NCBI GenBank assembly: GCA_043809315.1
Contig: JAZDDX010000008.1
Span: forward strand, 1 to 32,109
Direction of reading: 5' to 3'
From: Pseudomonadota bacterium
Lineage (GTDB): Bacteria > Bdellovibrionota_G > JALEGL01 > DATDPG01
Length of the DNA: 32,109 bases
Position numbers and translations under genes: made by a program. The notes under the pieces are model-generated. The model was not told the origin of the DNA, did no database searches, and saw nothing but the letters and a program-made list of their open reading frames with translations. Shown here in pieces: positions 21,005 to 29,598 of this stretch (positions are counted from its first letter, which is position 1; each line of letters opens with the position of its first letter).

Positions 21005-21900
21005 AACCTCCAAAGATCGTCCTGTTCGGAAGAGACGGGCAAGTGGGGACCGCTCTCCTTCCGGGGTTAGAAGAGCTCGGGACGGTCGTGCCAGTCGATG
21101 TAGGAGATGTCGATTTGACCGACCGTAAGCTCGTGGAGAGTTTCCTCGAACGTCATTCGCCGTCCCTGATCGTTAATGCCGCTGCGTATACGAATGTCGA
21201 CGGCGCGGAGACTGCGAGGGATCTGGCTTTTACGTTGAACGCGGAGGCTCCCGGTGTCATGGCCACGTGGGCCGCAGCGCACGGGGCGGCTTTGGTGCAT
21301 TACTCGACCGATTACGTGTTCGACGGGAGCGGCTCGAAACCCCACTCCGAGGAGAATCCCACGGCACCGCTCAATGTTTACGGAGAGTCAAAGCTTACGG
21401 GGGATCGGGAGATCCTGAAATCCGGCTGCGCCCACCTGATTTTTCGAACGAGCTGGGTTTACGCTCCACGCGGCAAGAACTTCGTTCTGACGATGCTACG
21501 ATTGGGACGGGAGAAGGAGGAGCTCCGCGTGGTGAACGATCAGATCGGGGCGCCGACCTCCGCCAAAGTCGTTGCCGACGGAACGGTCCGGATTCTGCGA
21601 TCGTGCGGCGGTGATGTTTCGGGACGGTTGTGGGAGTCGGGCGGATTGTACAACCTCACCTGTCGAGGGGAGACAAGCTGGTTCGGATTGGCGGAGGCGA
21701 TCTTCGCAGCCTGCCGCGCAAGGGGATGGCAACTGGCTCTGAAGAGACTGATTCCGGTCGGGTCGGAAGAGTATCGGACCCCCGCGAAGCGCCCGAAAAA
21801 TTCACGATTGGATCTGCGGAAGATCGAAAAACAATTTGGGCTGGTGCCCCTGTCCTGGAAACAGGCTTTGGACGGTTGCCTGAATGAGATCGAAAAATAA
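20995..21900 (+). CDS. rmlD: dTDP-4-dehydrorhamnose reductase
   Basis: GRDGQVG, NAAAYTNVD, STDYVFDG, YGESK, DQIGAPT, AKRP. Confidence 0.96.
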   Translation: MVLKPPKIVLFGRDGQVGTALLPGLEELGTVVPVDVGDVDLTDRKLVESFLERHSPSLIVNAAAYTNVDGAETARDLAFTLNAEAPGVMATWAAAHGAALVHYSTDYVFDGSGSKPHSEENPTAPLNVYGESKLTGDREILKSGCAHLIFRTSWVYAPRGKNFVLTMLRLGREKEELRVVNDQIGAPTSAKVVADGTVRILRSCGGDVSGRLWESGGLYNLTCRGETSWFGLAEAIFAACRARGWQLALKRLIPVGSEEYRTPAKRPKNSRLDLRKIEKQFGLVPLSWKQALDGCLNEIEK

Positions 21901-21935
21901 AAAACCCCGCGTGCCATGAGGCACGCGGGGTTCTT
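21897..21935. terminator. Bidirectional intrinsic terminator between rmlD and HU
   Basis: 13-bp perfect stem AACCCCGCGTGCC-ATGA-GGCACGCGGGGTT with an A-rich run 5' and TTCTT 3'. Confidence 0.9.
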
Positions 21936-21958
21936 CGCTCAAACTAAGTTGAAGCGAA

Positions 21959-22237
21959 TTACAGAGTCTGCTTCAGCTCAGGCGACGGACGGAAGCCGAT
22001 CGTCTTGCTCGCCGGGATGTTGATCACGGCGCCAGTCTGCGGATTCCGGCCTTTGCGGGCCTTTCTCAACCGGACGGTCCATGTGCCGAAGCCGGGGTAC
22101 GTGAATCTCTTGTCCTTGCGGACGCCCTTCGCCAGGTTCTCGAAGCACGCATCACAAATCTCGTTGATCGCGGCCTTGGAAAGATCCCGATGCTTCAGGG
22201 TCTGTGTGATTCTTTCGACTAACTCTGCCTTCGTCAT
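21959..22237 (-). CDS. hup: HU/IHF-family DNA-binding protein
   Basis: MTKAEL, GFGTW, RKARKGRNPQTG, IPAS..F.P; Shine-Dalgarno GAGGAG. Confidence 0.93.
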   Translation of the reverse strand: MTKAELVERITQTLKHRDLSKAAINEICDACFENLAKGVRKDKRFTYPGFGTWTVRLRKARKGRNPQTGAVINIPASKTIGFRPSPELKQTL

Positions 22238-22287
22238 TTGAAATCTCCTCTACAAATTAAGTTAAGGTTCAAACGAAATGATGCTCT

Positions 22288-22316
22288 TCAGTAGCAACGG
22301 GACGGGGGGATGTCAA
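22288..22316 (-). promoter_or_regulatory. Putative HU promoter
   Basis: TTGACA (22316-22311), 17 bp ending TGC, TACTGA (22293-22288). Confidence 0.55.
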
Positions 22317-22440
22317 CAAAAAGCATCTCGGAAATACGCATGGAGAGCCGATTCGGGAAACGCGTTCCGCATCTCAAGAGTGGATCAATAGATGCGACTC
22401 GTGCCCCTGCAAGCTTGATGCCATGCTTAGTTCGTGCGGA

Positions 22441-24891
22441 TTACAACCCGGAGGGGAGGGTCATCGATTTCCAGTCGGTTTTACCGGCTTCGAGGATCTT
22501 CCCGTAGTACGCGTAGTTCCGGATGATTGATTTCACGTAGTTACGGGTCTCTTCAAAAGGAATGAGTTCAACAAAGGTCTCGAGGGGCAGCTTCCCCCAG
22601 CGTTTTTTCCAAATGTCGACGCGGTTCGGGCCGGCATTGTACGAGGCGAGCGCGCAGACGAGGTTCCCGTCGTATCGCTTGAGCAGGTTTGCGAGGTAGC
22701 GAGCCCCGATCTTTACGTTCCGACTGCTTACGAGCAACTCGTTCCGATCGGGAACCGAATCGGCCATTTCGGCGGCGACGTCATGTGCGGTCCGAGGCAT
22801 GAGTTGCATCAACCCCAACGCCCCGGCCCGGCTCTCCGCATCCTCGCGATAAGCGCTCTCCTGCTTGATCAGCGAGAAAAGAAGCAGGGGATCCAACTTG
22901 TTAGCTTGAGCTTCGGCGTAGACGGTCTGCTCGTACCCGGTCGGGAAAAATGCCTTCGCAAGGTCCTTCGGAAGGGAGGGGTCTCCCGTTCGGTTCACAA
23001 GACGGGCGGCGATCGAGATGGAAGAGGAGTAGTGGCGGGCGGCGTCGTAGAGGAGTGCCACCTCGCGCAAGGCTGCAGGTTCTTCGTCCAGGTCGACCTG
23101 GGAAAGAACGGCCGATGCGGCGGTCGGGAGGCCGACCGACAGGAACGCCCGGGCCCGGCGGATCCGGTACCGGTTCCAGATGTCTTTGAGGTCCGCTGGA
23201 GCCGATATTTCTTTCGGCTCGGAGAGCGCAGGGATCTGGTCGGCGAGAACGGCATAATACGAGACGGGGGCGACCAAGGCGATTTCCCGGGCGTACTTCT
23301 TCGCTTTCTCCGTTTCGCCTGCTTTTTCGAATGCCCGAGAGAGCCAGAAGAGATTTTCGGCTTTCTGGGCCGGTGAGTCGGCGATCGCCCGATCGTATTC
23401 GAGCCATTCGATCGCTGCTCGGTACTCGCCGGCCAGAAACGACAGCCACCCGACCTTAAAGTGGGCCCGGTCAAAAAAGGTCGAAGCCGAATACGCCGTC
23501 ACGACTTTTTCGAAATACGACCGGGCGTTTTTCCAGTTTCCGAGGTCTTCCTCGATCCTTCCCAAGAAGAAGATCGAGTTCCCCGCTTCGGCCGAATAGG
23601 GGTCGGTCTTGACCACCTCGTCGAAAAGCTTCCGTGCGTCCTCGCTGAACTCGCGGTCCCAGAGGCTCTTGGCGATCGCATACGAAACCTTGACCGGCAT
23701 CCCCTTTAGATCGCGGACCAGGGATGGCAGGGTCTTTCCCTTGGCATAGGCGTTCTCGATGATGACCTGGAGCCGGACCGCCGCTTTCGCGGCGACAATC
23801 GATCCGGGATACTCCTTGATAATCCTGACCAAGGTTCCCACCGCTTTTTCGGTCTGGCCGCCGCTCTGGTATCCGTTCGCCTCGCGAAACAAAGTATCCT
23901 CCGGCGCACTTCTCGGTCTGGGGTTCGAAATCTCGCGGCTCGGGGGGATTGCCGTCGCCTCCGGTGCTTTGGACGACTCCCGTCGAAAACTTCGGAGCCG
24001 GGATTCGTCCGAAAAGACCTTGAGAGCCTCCTCGGCAAGGCGAGCCCTCTCCTCGGGATCGCTTTCATGCTTCAGGACGGTGAGCACCGAGGAGAGGAGT
24101 AGGTCCCGTTCGGGTGGCGTGAACCCTGCCGTATTTCCCAACAGAGAGAAAAGAAGCGGTTTCGCCTCCGGGATCTTCCGATCTTTGACGAGTCCTTGGG
24201 CGTGACAGAGGGTCGCCCTCCGGTATTCCTCCGGTTCGAGGTCGGCGTAGGGGCCCGTTCCCAGATCATGGAGTTGCTCCAGCTCCCAACGGGCTTCCCG
24301 GCAGAGCTTGAGGCCGCTCGCATACTCCGTTCGAGCGAACCGATCGAGCGCCCGGAGTCGGAGCGCCTTTGCGCGGAAGAACGATGCTGCATCGTGCAGG
24401 AGATGATCGGGTGGAATCGAGGTGAATCGTTCGATGGCCCGGTCGTATTCGTGTTGGGCGAGGTCGATCAGCGCTTCCGCGATCGTGAGGTCGCGCTTTT
24501 TGTCCTCTTTCTTGATCGCTGCGATGACGCGAGCCAGTGCTGTCTTGTCGGAAATCGATGCAAGATCTACGGTCAAGACCCTGACGCCGTCGACAGCCTG
24601 AAAAAGTTCCGGAACGCGTGTCGGAGTCGGCGCTACGGTCGGGGTTCGAGTCGGCGCTACGGTCGGGGTTCGAGTCGGCGCTACGGTCGGGGTTCGAGTC
24701 GGCGCCATGGTCGGGGTTCGAGTCGGCGCCACGGTCGGGGTTCGAGTCGGCGCCGCGGTCGGGGTTCGAGTCGGCGCCACGGTCGGCGTTGCGGTCAGAG
24801 CTGGAGCCGGTGTCGCGGTCGATACCGGGGTTGGCTCGCCGGCGTACGCAACGCCCACAGCCAACGTCAGGATGGCAATCCTTGAGATCAC
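22441..24891 (-). CDS. Soluble lytic transglycosylase (Slt70-like) with TPR region and N-terminal Pro/Thr repeat
   Basis: Signal peptide; TPR helices; IKQESAY (catalytic Glu), GALGLMQLMP, ASYNAG, ETRNYVK. Confidence 0.93.
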   Translation of the reverse strand: MISRIAILTLAVGVAYAGEPTPVSTATPAPALTATPTVAPTRTPTAAPTRTPTVAPTRTPTMAPTRTPTVAPTRTPTVAPTRTPTVAPTPTRVPELFQAVDGVRVLTVDLASISDKTALARVIAAIKKEDKKRDLTIAEALIDLAQHEYDRAIERFTSIPPDHLLHDAASFFRAKALRLRALDRFARTEYASGLKLCREARWELEQLHDLGTGPYADLEPEEYRRATLCHAQGLVKDRKIPEAKPLLFSLLGNTAGFTPPERDLLLSSVLTVLKHESDPEERARLAEEALKVFSDESRLRSFRRESSKAPEATAIPPSREISNPRPRSAPEDTLFREANGYQSGGQTEKAVGTLVRIIKEYPGSIVAAKAAVRLQVIIENAYAKGKTLPSLVRDLKGMPVKVSYAIAKSLWDREFSEDARKLFDEVVKTDPYSAEAGNSIFFLGRIEEDLGNWKNARSYFEKVVTAYSASTFFDRAHFKVGWLSFLAGEYRAAIEWLEYDRAIADSPAQKAENLFWLSRAFEKAGETEKAKKYAREIALVAPVSYYAVLADQIPALSEPKEISAPADLKDIWNRYRIRRARAFLSVGLPTAASAVLSQVDLDEEPAALREVALLYDAARHYSSSISIAARLVNRTGDPSLPKDLAKAFFPTGYEQTVYAEAQANKLDPLLLFSLIKQESAYREDAESRAGALGLMQLMPRTAHDVAAEMADSVPDRNELLVSSRNVKIGARYLANLLKRYDGNLVCALASYNAGPNRVDIWKKRWGKLPLETFVELIPFEETRNYVKSIIRNYAYYGKILEAGKTDWKSMTLPSGL
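24624..24791. repeat. Coding tandem repeat, 7 x 24 bp (GAGTCGGCGCYRYGGTCGGGGTTC), encoding TRTPTVAP units
   Basis: Units start at 24624, 24648, 24672, 24696, 24720, 24744 and 24768; the first three are identical and the last is degenerate. Confidence 0.97.
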
Positions 24892-24910
24892 GGACGAGAA
24901 AGGTTACACA
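24882..24910 (+). promoter_or_regulatory. Putative leaderless promoter for the AMIN gene, overlapping a divergent -10
   Basis: TTGAGA (24882-24887), 17 bp, TACACA (24905-24910), 6 nt, ATG; minus-strand TAACCT at 24906-24901. Confidence 0.5.
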
Positions 24911-24916
24911 ATTGAC

Positions 24917-26287
24917 ATGGTAAAGACACTTCTGAAGATGATCTTCGGGGTTGTGGTCCTGGCGGTCGTTTTTTTCGCGGCGCTTCAGCTCTGGGAGAAA
25001 TATCGACCGAAACCTTCACAGGAGGCTGCACCGGTTCCGGCGGTTGAAACCCCGGCCGTTTCTGCCGCGGCGATCCACGATGTCACGGTGATTCCATCCG
25101 GGGATGGCGCGATGATTCAAATCAGTCAGCTCGCGAGCCCCGACTACAAGATCACGGTCACTTCCCAGCCGAACGGCTTCATCGTCGACGTCCCGTCCGT
25201 CCAGGTCGCGATGTCATCGAATGTTGTCGCCCGGGCGCACAATCTGGTCCCGTTGATCGAAGTGGCTCCCGTTTCGGAAGCGGGGATGTCGGGGGCACGA
25301 ATCAAAGTGGAGCTCCTGCCGGGAACGGTCTTTAAGGATCGGTACTCGGGGGGGACGTTATTTTTCGATCTGGCTCGTAGTGCGACAGCGTCCGTCCGTC
25401 CGAAGGCGGTACCTTCGTTCAAAGAGGCCGCCCCGCCGGTTCCACGGAAAGCGTTGAAGAAGAAGAGGGGTTCGGAGGCTCGTTCCAGGATCCCGCGCGA
25501 GATCCCGTCAATTCCGAAACGGGCGACCGCTCCGAAACCGACCTGGTCGGAGGAAAAGCCGAAGAAAGTCGCCGCGACTCCGAAGAAAGCCCCGATGCCG
25601 TCACGGGCGGAAGAAGACAGCGGGCTGATGAAGGAACTCGGGCTGGAGGAGGCGGCACCCCCGCAGCCCGAGGCACTGATTCCGAAACCGTCGGCTGAAT
25701 TACCCCCTCCGCCGAGAGCCGAGTTCATGGAGCCGCCTCCGATGGTGCCCGCCGTGCCTTCGCCGTTACCTTCGGGTGAAAAGGAAGAGCCGATCGATAT
25801 GCAGGAGCTGTACGGGAGCGGTTCGGCGGGGCAGGGGCTCCCGGACGCCGCCCCCAAGCTCGAACCTCCGCCACAGGGGGAGATCCCGATGGAAGAGGCG
25901 CCTTCCGAGGTGGCGATGGTTCAGCCGCCGTCAGGCGAGCGTTTCGACGACGCGAGGGTCACCCGTCAGCTCCCGGCGATCACCGATCTCACGGTCAGCA
26001 ACGAGGGGGGGGTGACGACCGCGCAGATTCGGCGGGGGGACTCGAAGACGAGGTATCAGGTTTTCAAACTGATCAACCCGAACCGGATCGTCATCGACTT
26101 CCTGAACGCGACGAATCAGCTGCAGAAAGACTACAGCGGGTTCCCGGGGACGAAGGTCCAGCGTGTGTCGACGCAGGAGTTCGCCGGCCCCGAGGGGACG
26201 ATCGCCCGGATCACCTTCTATCTCTCCGGCGCACCGGCGTTCAAGACGAGCAAGAACGGGGATTTCCTGATCCTCAAGCTGCCGTAA
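24917..26287 (+). CDS. Membrane-anchored protein with two AMIN-like domains and a Pro/Glu/Lys-rich linker
   Basis: N-terminal TM helix; SQPNGFIVDVP and FKLINPNRIVIDF AMIN-like motifs. Start is the ATG at 24917; the upstream ORF extension is the antisense of the repeat. Confidence 0.75.
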   Translation: MVKTLLKMIFGVVVLAVVFFAALQLWEKYRPKPSQEAAPVPAVETPAVSAAAIHDVTVIPSGDGAMIQISQLASPDYKITVTSQPNGFIVDVPSVQVAMSSNVVARAHNLVPLIEVAPVSEAGMSGARIKVELLPGTVFKDRYSGGTLFFDLARSATASVRPKAVPSFKEAAPPVPRKALKKKRGSEARSRIPREIPSIPKRATAPKPTWSEEKPKKVAATPKKAPMPSRAEEDSGLMKELGLEEAAPPQPEALIPKPSAELPPPPRAEFMEPPPMVPAVPSPLPSGEKEEPIDMQELYGSGSAGQGLPDAAPKLEPPPQGEIPMEEAPSEVAMVQPPSGERFDDARVTRQLPAITDLTVSNEGGVTTAQIRRGDSKTRYQVFKLINPNRIVIDFLNATNQLQKDYSGFPGTKVQRVSTQEFAGPEGTIARITFYLSGAPAFKTSKNGDFLILKLP

Positions 26288-26291
26288 GAAG

Positions 26292-27092
26292 GTGTCCGGA
26301 AATCTTCTCGCCCGCCTCCGCCGCCAGTTCTCGGAGTGTATGGTCGAGCACCAGATGCTCGCCGAGGGAGACCATGTTCTGATCGGCCTCTCGGGCGGCA
26401 AAGACTCCCTGGCGCTTCTCGCTCTGTTCGCCGATCTCCGTCCGAGGGCTCCGTTCCGTTTCACGCTATCCGCAGTGATGATCGACGGCGGTCTCGTCGG
26501 GTTCGATTCGCGGGAGTTGGAAAAGAGCTGTGCCGCCTTCAAGGTCCCGTTTGTTGTCGAAAAGCAGCCGATCTTCGAGACGGTGGCCGACAAGAAAGAC
26601 GAAGGGAGCACCTTCTGCAGCATGTGCGCGAAGCTCCGTCGCGGCGCGCTCTACAGCATGGCCGATAGGCTCGGCGCAACCAAGATCGCGTTGGGGCATC
26701 ATCTCGATGATGCGATCGAGACCTTGCTTCTGAACCTCTTCTTCGGAGGAAGGACGGCGGCGCTGCCACCTGTTTTGTTATCGGACGCCGGTCACGTCCC
26801 GATCTTGCGTCCGCTCCTCTATTGTTCCGAGGCCGACCTCGCCGAGTACGTGCATCTCCTTGGGTTTCCGACGGTCGGATGCGCCTGCCCGATCTGTCCC
26901 ACCCATCCCGAGCACGAGCATAGCGATCTCCGGCGGAAGGAGATCAAGCTTCTCCTAACCGAGTTCGGTCGGACAAACCCGCAGCTCCGCGAGCACGCGC
27001 GTGCGGCGTTCCGGAGGGTGGAAACCTCGCGTTTCGGGGATCCCCGCTTCAGCGAAAAAGGGACCGACTACATCTCGAAGACCAAGTACTGA
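26292..27092 (+). CDS. ttcA: tRNA 2-thiocytidine(32) synthetase
   Basis: PP-loop SGGKDS, FCSMCAKLRRG, ALGHHLDD, RPL, CACPIC. Confidence 0.9.
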   Translation: MSGNLLARLRRQFSECMVEHQMLAEGDHVLIGLSGGKDSLALLALFADLRPRAPFRFTLSAVMIDGGLVGFDSRELEKSCAAFKVPFVVEKQPIFETVADKKDEGSTFCSMCAKLRRGALYSMADRLGATKIALGHHLDDAIETLLLNLFFGGRTAALPPVLLSDAGHVPILRPLLYCSEADLAEYVHLLGFPTVGCACPICPTHPEHEHSDLRRKEIKLLLTEFGRTNPQLREHARAAFRRVETSRFGDPRFSEKGTDYISKTKY

Positions 27093-28339
27093 AGAATCCG
27101 CTCCTGCGGCCAGAATCCTGCCGAAGGGCAGTTCTCCGCGGTGTGGTACGACGTGAAAAGGACCTTTCCCCCCTTCGTTCCGATCTCCATGGAGACCGTG
27201 AGTGGACGCTTGGTGAGTTCCTCGATCTCCCCCTGGATCCAGATCGTCGGGTTCTGCCCCGTGTGCGCACTGTGCATCTCGGCCCAGGCCTCCCCGAGAT
27301 CGCCGATGTGAATCGTGCCGTCGGAGTTGAGCGCGCCCGTCGTTCCGTTCACTTGAAGCGCGGAGCGATCGCATGCCTCGAGTGTCGTTCCCGAATTCAC
27401 TTTCACACCCGAGAGCCAGTCCTTCATCGTCGTATTGTTGACCGTCGCTTCGACGGTGTCCCCTTTGGTGCCGAGCTCGGCGGCGTCCCGGGCACCCGGC
27501 GTGAACGCATCGTCCGGATCCCCTTCGAACTTCATCACTTCCGGGAAGACCTGCTCGATGAAATCGTACGAGAGATCCGTGGCGAAAATCTTCCCCCCCG
27601 CTTCGACGTACGAGCGGAGGCGGGATCGGACCGTCGTTTGCGTGAGCATGCTTTCGCTGAAGAGCCCGCAGTTCAAAAAAACAATATCGAACTGGTTCAG
27701 GTCGACCGTTCCGTCGAGGAGCTTGTCGAAGATCTGGTACTTGCTCGGGAGATGCCCGGCGCCGTCGAACAGGGTGAACGTCTCGGTTTCGAGCGTGAGG
27801 TTCCCGTTCGAGTCGATCGTCCCGTACCCGAGTTTGGCGAGGACGTCCTGCATCCGGTCGTACGCTCCGGCGACGACGGCGATCTTGGTGCCGTCAATTC
27901 CGGATCCGGCGATCAGCGTGGTCTCGTTCTTGGTAAGAGCACAGGTGGTGCCTCCTGAGCAGTTGAGGTCGATCGTCTTGCGGAAGACCCCCTTCACGAT
28001 CGTGAGCTTGGCCTCGTCGCCGCTGCAGGAAGAGGTGTCGAGCGTGAAGGTGCCTTCGACCCCCGAACAGGCGCTGGCGCACGTGGCCCCGACTGGGTCG
28101 TCGCAGGCGGTACCGTCCTGGGCGGCGAGTCCGCGGATTCGCGTGGGAGCGAGGCGGGGGGAGGAAGAGGAGCCGGTCGGGATGTAGATCGTCGCTCCGG
28201 CGATGACGTCGGTGCCGTTGGCGGCGTAAACGGTTCCGGTCACCTGCTTGGCGTCGTTGAGGCCGCTCGATCCCCCGAAACAGGAGAGGAGAAGAACCGT
28301 CAGGGAAGTGGATAGAATTCGTTTCACCCGGGAATTCAT
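27068..28339 (-). CDS. Uncharacterised lipoprotein: carboxypeptidase-regulatory-like domain plus alpha/beta domain
   Basis: Lipobox LLSC; VTGTVYAANG...IAGATIY; IAVVAGAYD, DIVFLNCG, GGKIFATD, GKVLFTSYH, QERILQY. Start 28339 (GGAG Shine-Dalgarno) or 28351. Confidence 0.75.
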   Translation of the reverse strand: MNSRVKRILSTSLTVLLLSCFGGSSGLNDAKQVTGTVYAANGTDVIAGATIYIPTGSSSSPRLAPTRIRGLAAQDGTACDDPVGATCASACSGVEGTFTLDTSSCSGDEAKLTIVKGVFRKTIDLNCSGGTTCALTKNETTLIAGSGIDGTKIAVVAGAYDRMQDVLAKLGYGTIDSNGNLTLETETFTLFDGAGHLPSKYQIFDKLLDGTVDLNQFDIVFLNCGLFSESMLTQTTVRSRLRSYVEAGGKIFATDLSYDFIEQVFPEVMKFEGDPDDAFTPGARDAAELGTKGDTVEATVNNTTMKDWLSGVKVNSGTTLEACDRSALQVNGTTGALNSDGTIHIGDLGEAWAEMHSAHTGQNPTIWIQGEIEELTKRPLTVSMEIGTKGGKVLFTSYHTAENCPSAGFWPQERILQYLVFEM

Positions 28340-28433
28340 AGCGGACTCCATACTAAGACGAAAGGCGGAAAACCCGAAGAGCTGCTCAGAAGCTGCTCAC
28401 GAGTCCCAGATTTCGGCACCCTCCGGACAAAAG

Positions 28434-28462
28434 TCGCAAATGATATTAATAAGTTATATAAT
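28434..28462 (+). promoter_or_regulatory. Putative promoter of the 28511 lipoprotein
   Basis: TCGCAA, 17 bp, TATAAT (28457-28462) in an AT-rich patch; GGGAG Shine-Dalgarno before the ATG. Confidence 0.45.
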
Positions 28463-28510
28463 ACTCTGGCTTGGTACTGATGTTGCTACCTTGAACGTCG
28501 GGAGACCTGA

Positions 28511-29536
28511 ATGCGCAAAATCTTGGCACCCTTTTTCTTCCTCTTCGTCACCCTTCTCGTCGTGAACGGCTGCGGCCGGAAGACGACCACGGCGGAGATT
28601 CCTCCGACGGCGACGCCAGCCCCCACGAACACGCCGGGTGGGCCAACCGCAACGCCGGATCCGAAGATCAACAAGAAGGGCCCTTACGATTACGACGGGA
28701 GCACGGCTCTTCAGCAGTGCATCGTGCAAAGAACGGACGCCTGCGAACAGGCCAAAAAGAACTGCGATGAGCGCCAAGCCACGGATCCGCCTCCAACGCC
28801 GCCGCCGCAAACCTGTGTCGAGAAGAGGGCCACGTGCATCGCCGCCATCACTACAGAGGTGTGGCCAAAGGGATGTAAGGCGGGCACGGATGACGATCCG
28901 GCGGGGGATCCTGTTCCGACGCCCGACCCGGAGGCGAAAACAATGACCGGGACCCTCACCCACTGCACGAACAGTGAAGACATGCTGGTCGTCAATCAGG
29001 GGGTGATGTCGTTCGTGACCGTCAAAGCCGGGGAGGGGCCGATTTCGGGAGGGTTTGCTTGGCAGCCTTGGTATTGGGGAAGAATATGGTACGGCGAGCT
29101 GCATGGAGTGTTTTTTCAAACCGATAAGGCAATCTTTGCCACGGCTGGCGAATCGTGGAATGCCTCGGCGGAATTGCACAAGAAAGCCAAGATCAAGCTC
29201 AACGGTGAAAATATCATCTGGTCGTACCCCGGGGCCCTCGGTTTCACCCTGGCAAACCGTATCCAGAAGATTGATATGACCCGGGCGATCCGGTTCGTAG
29301 CAACAGATATCCGTACGGGAACCGACGCAGAATATAAAGGGGCCAAGTATACCCACTTTGAGAACTACTGGGGCCCGGGTGTACCTCAGGATGTAGTCCG
29401 GTACGGGAAGCACGATTACTTCGAAGACTATTGGTGCGGCTTTCTAAATCTGTTCCTGTGCCGACGGTTCAAACATACCGACTGCCAGTTTGAAACCGAT
29501 TTCGAGCTGCAGTACTACGAAAGACCGACTGAATAG
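28511..29536 (+). CDS. Hypothetical Cys-rich lipoprotein with Pro/Thr linkers
   Basis: Signal peptide ending VNGC; PPTATPAPTNTPGGPTATP; Cys-rich segment; aromatic-rich C-terminal domain. Confidence 0.75.
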   Translation: MRKILAPFFFLFVTLLVVNGCGRKTTTAEIPPTATPAPTNTPGGPTATPDPKINKKGPYDYDGSTALQQCIVQRTDACEQAKKNCDERQATDPPPTPPPQTCVEKRATCIAAITTEVWPKGCKAGTDDDPAGDPVPTPDPEAKTMTGTLTHCTNSEDMLVVNQGVMSFVTVKAGEGPISGGFAWQPWYWGRIWYGELHGVFFQTDKAIFATAGESWNASAELHKKAKIKLNGENIIWSYPGALGFTLANRIQKIDMTRAIRFVATDIRTGTDAEYKGAKYTHFENYWGPGVPQDVVRYGKHDYFEDYWCGFLNLFLCRRFKHTDCQFETDFELQYYERPTE

Positions 29537-29598
29537 GCTAGAGCGGCCCCCGACAAAATACCCCTGGTCTTTCTGACGGACGGCGGTAAGAAGTCAGA

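Noticed and set aside
22368..22396. Hairpin CGCATCT-N15-AGATGCG between slt and HU
   Set aside because: Only a 7-bp stem with a long loop and no U tract; insufficient for a terminator or ncRNA call.
24624..24791. Repeat array as CRISPR or as tRNA fragments (contains GGTTCGAGTC)
   Set aside because: Units are contiguous with no spacers, there are no cas genes and no cloverleaf, and the array is in frame within slt.
24707..24916. VGVRVGAT repeat extension of the AMIN ORF
   Set aside because: It is the antisense reading of the slt repeat; the TM segment and promoter support the ATG at 24917.
28444..28456. IHF-like site TATTAATAAGTTA, with weaker matches near 7860 and 8315
   Set aside because: A degenerate consensus that matches AT-rich promoter DNA by chance.
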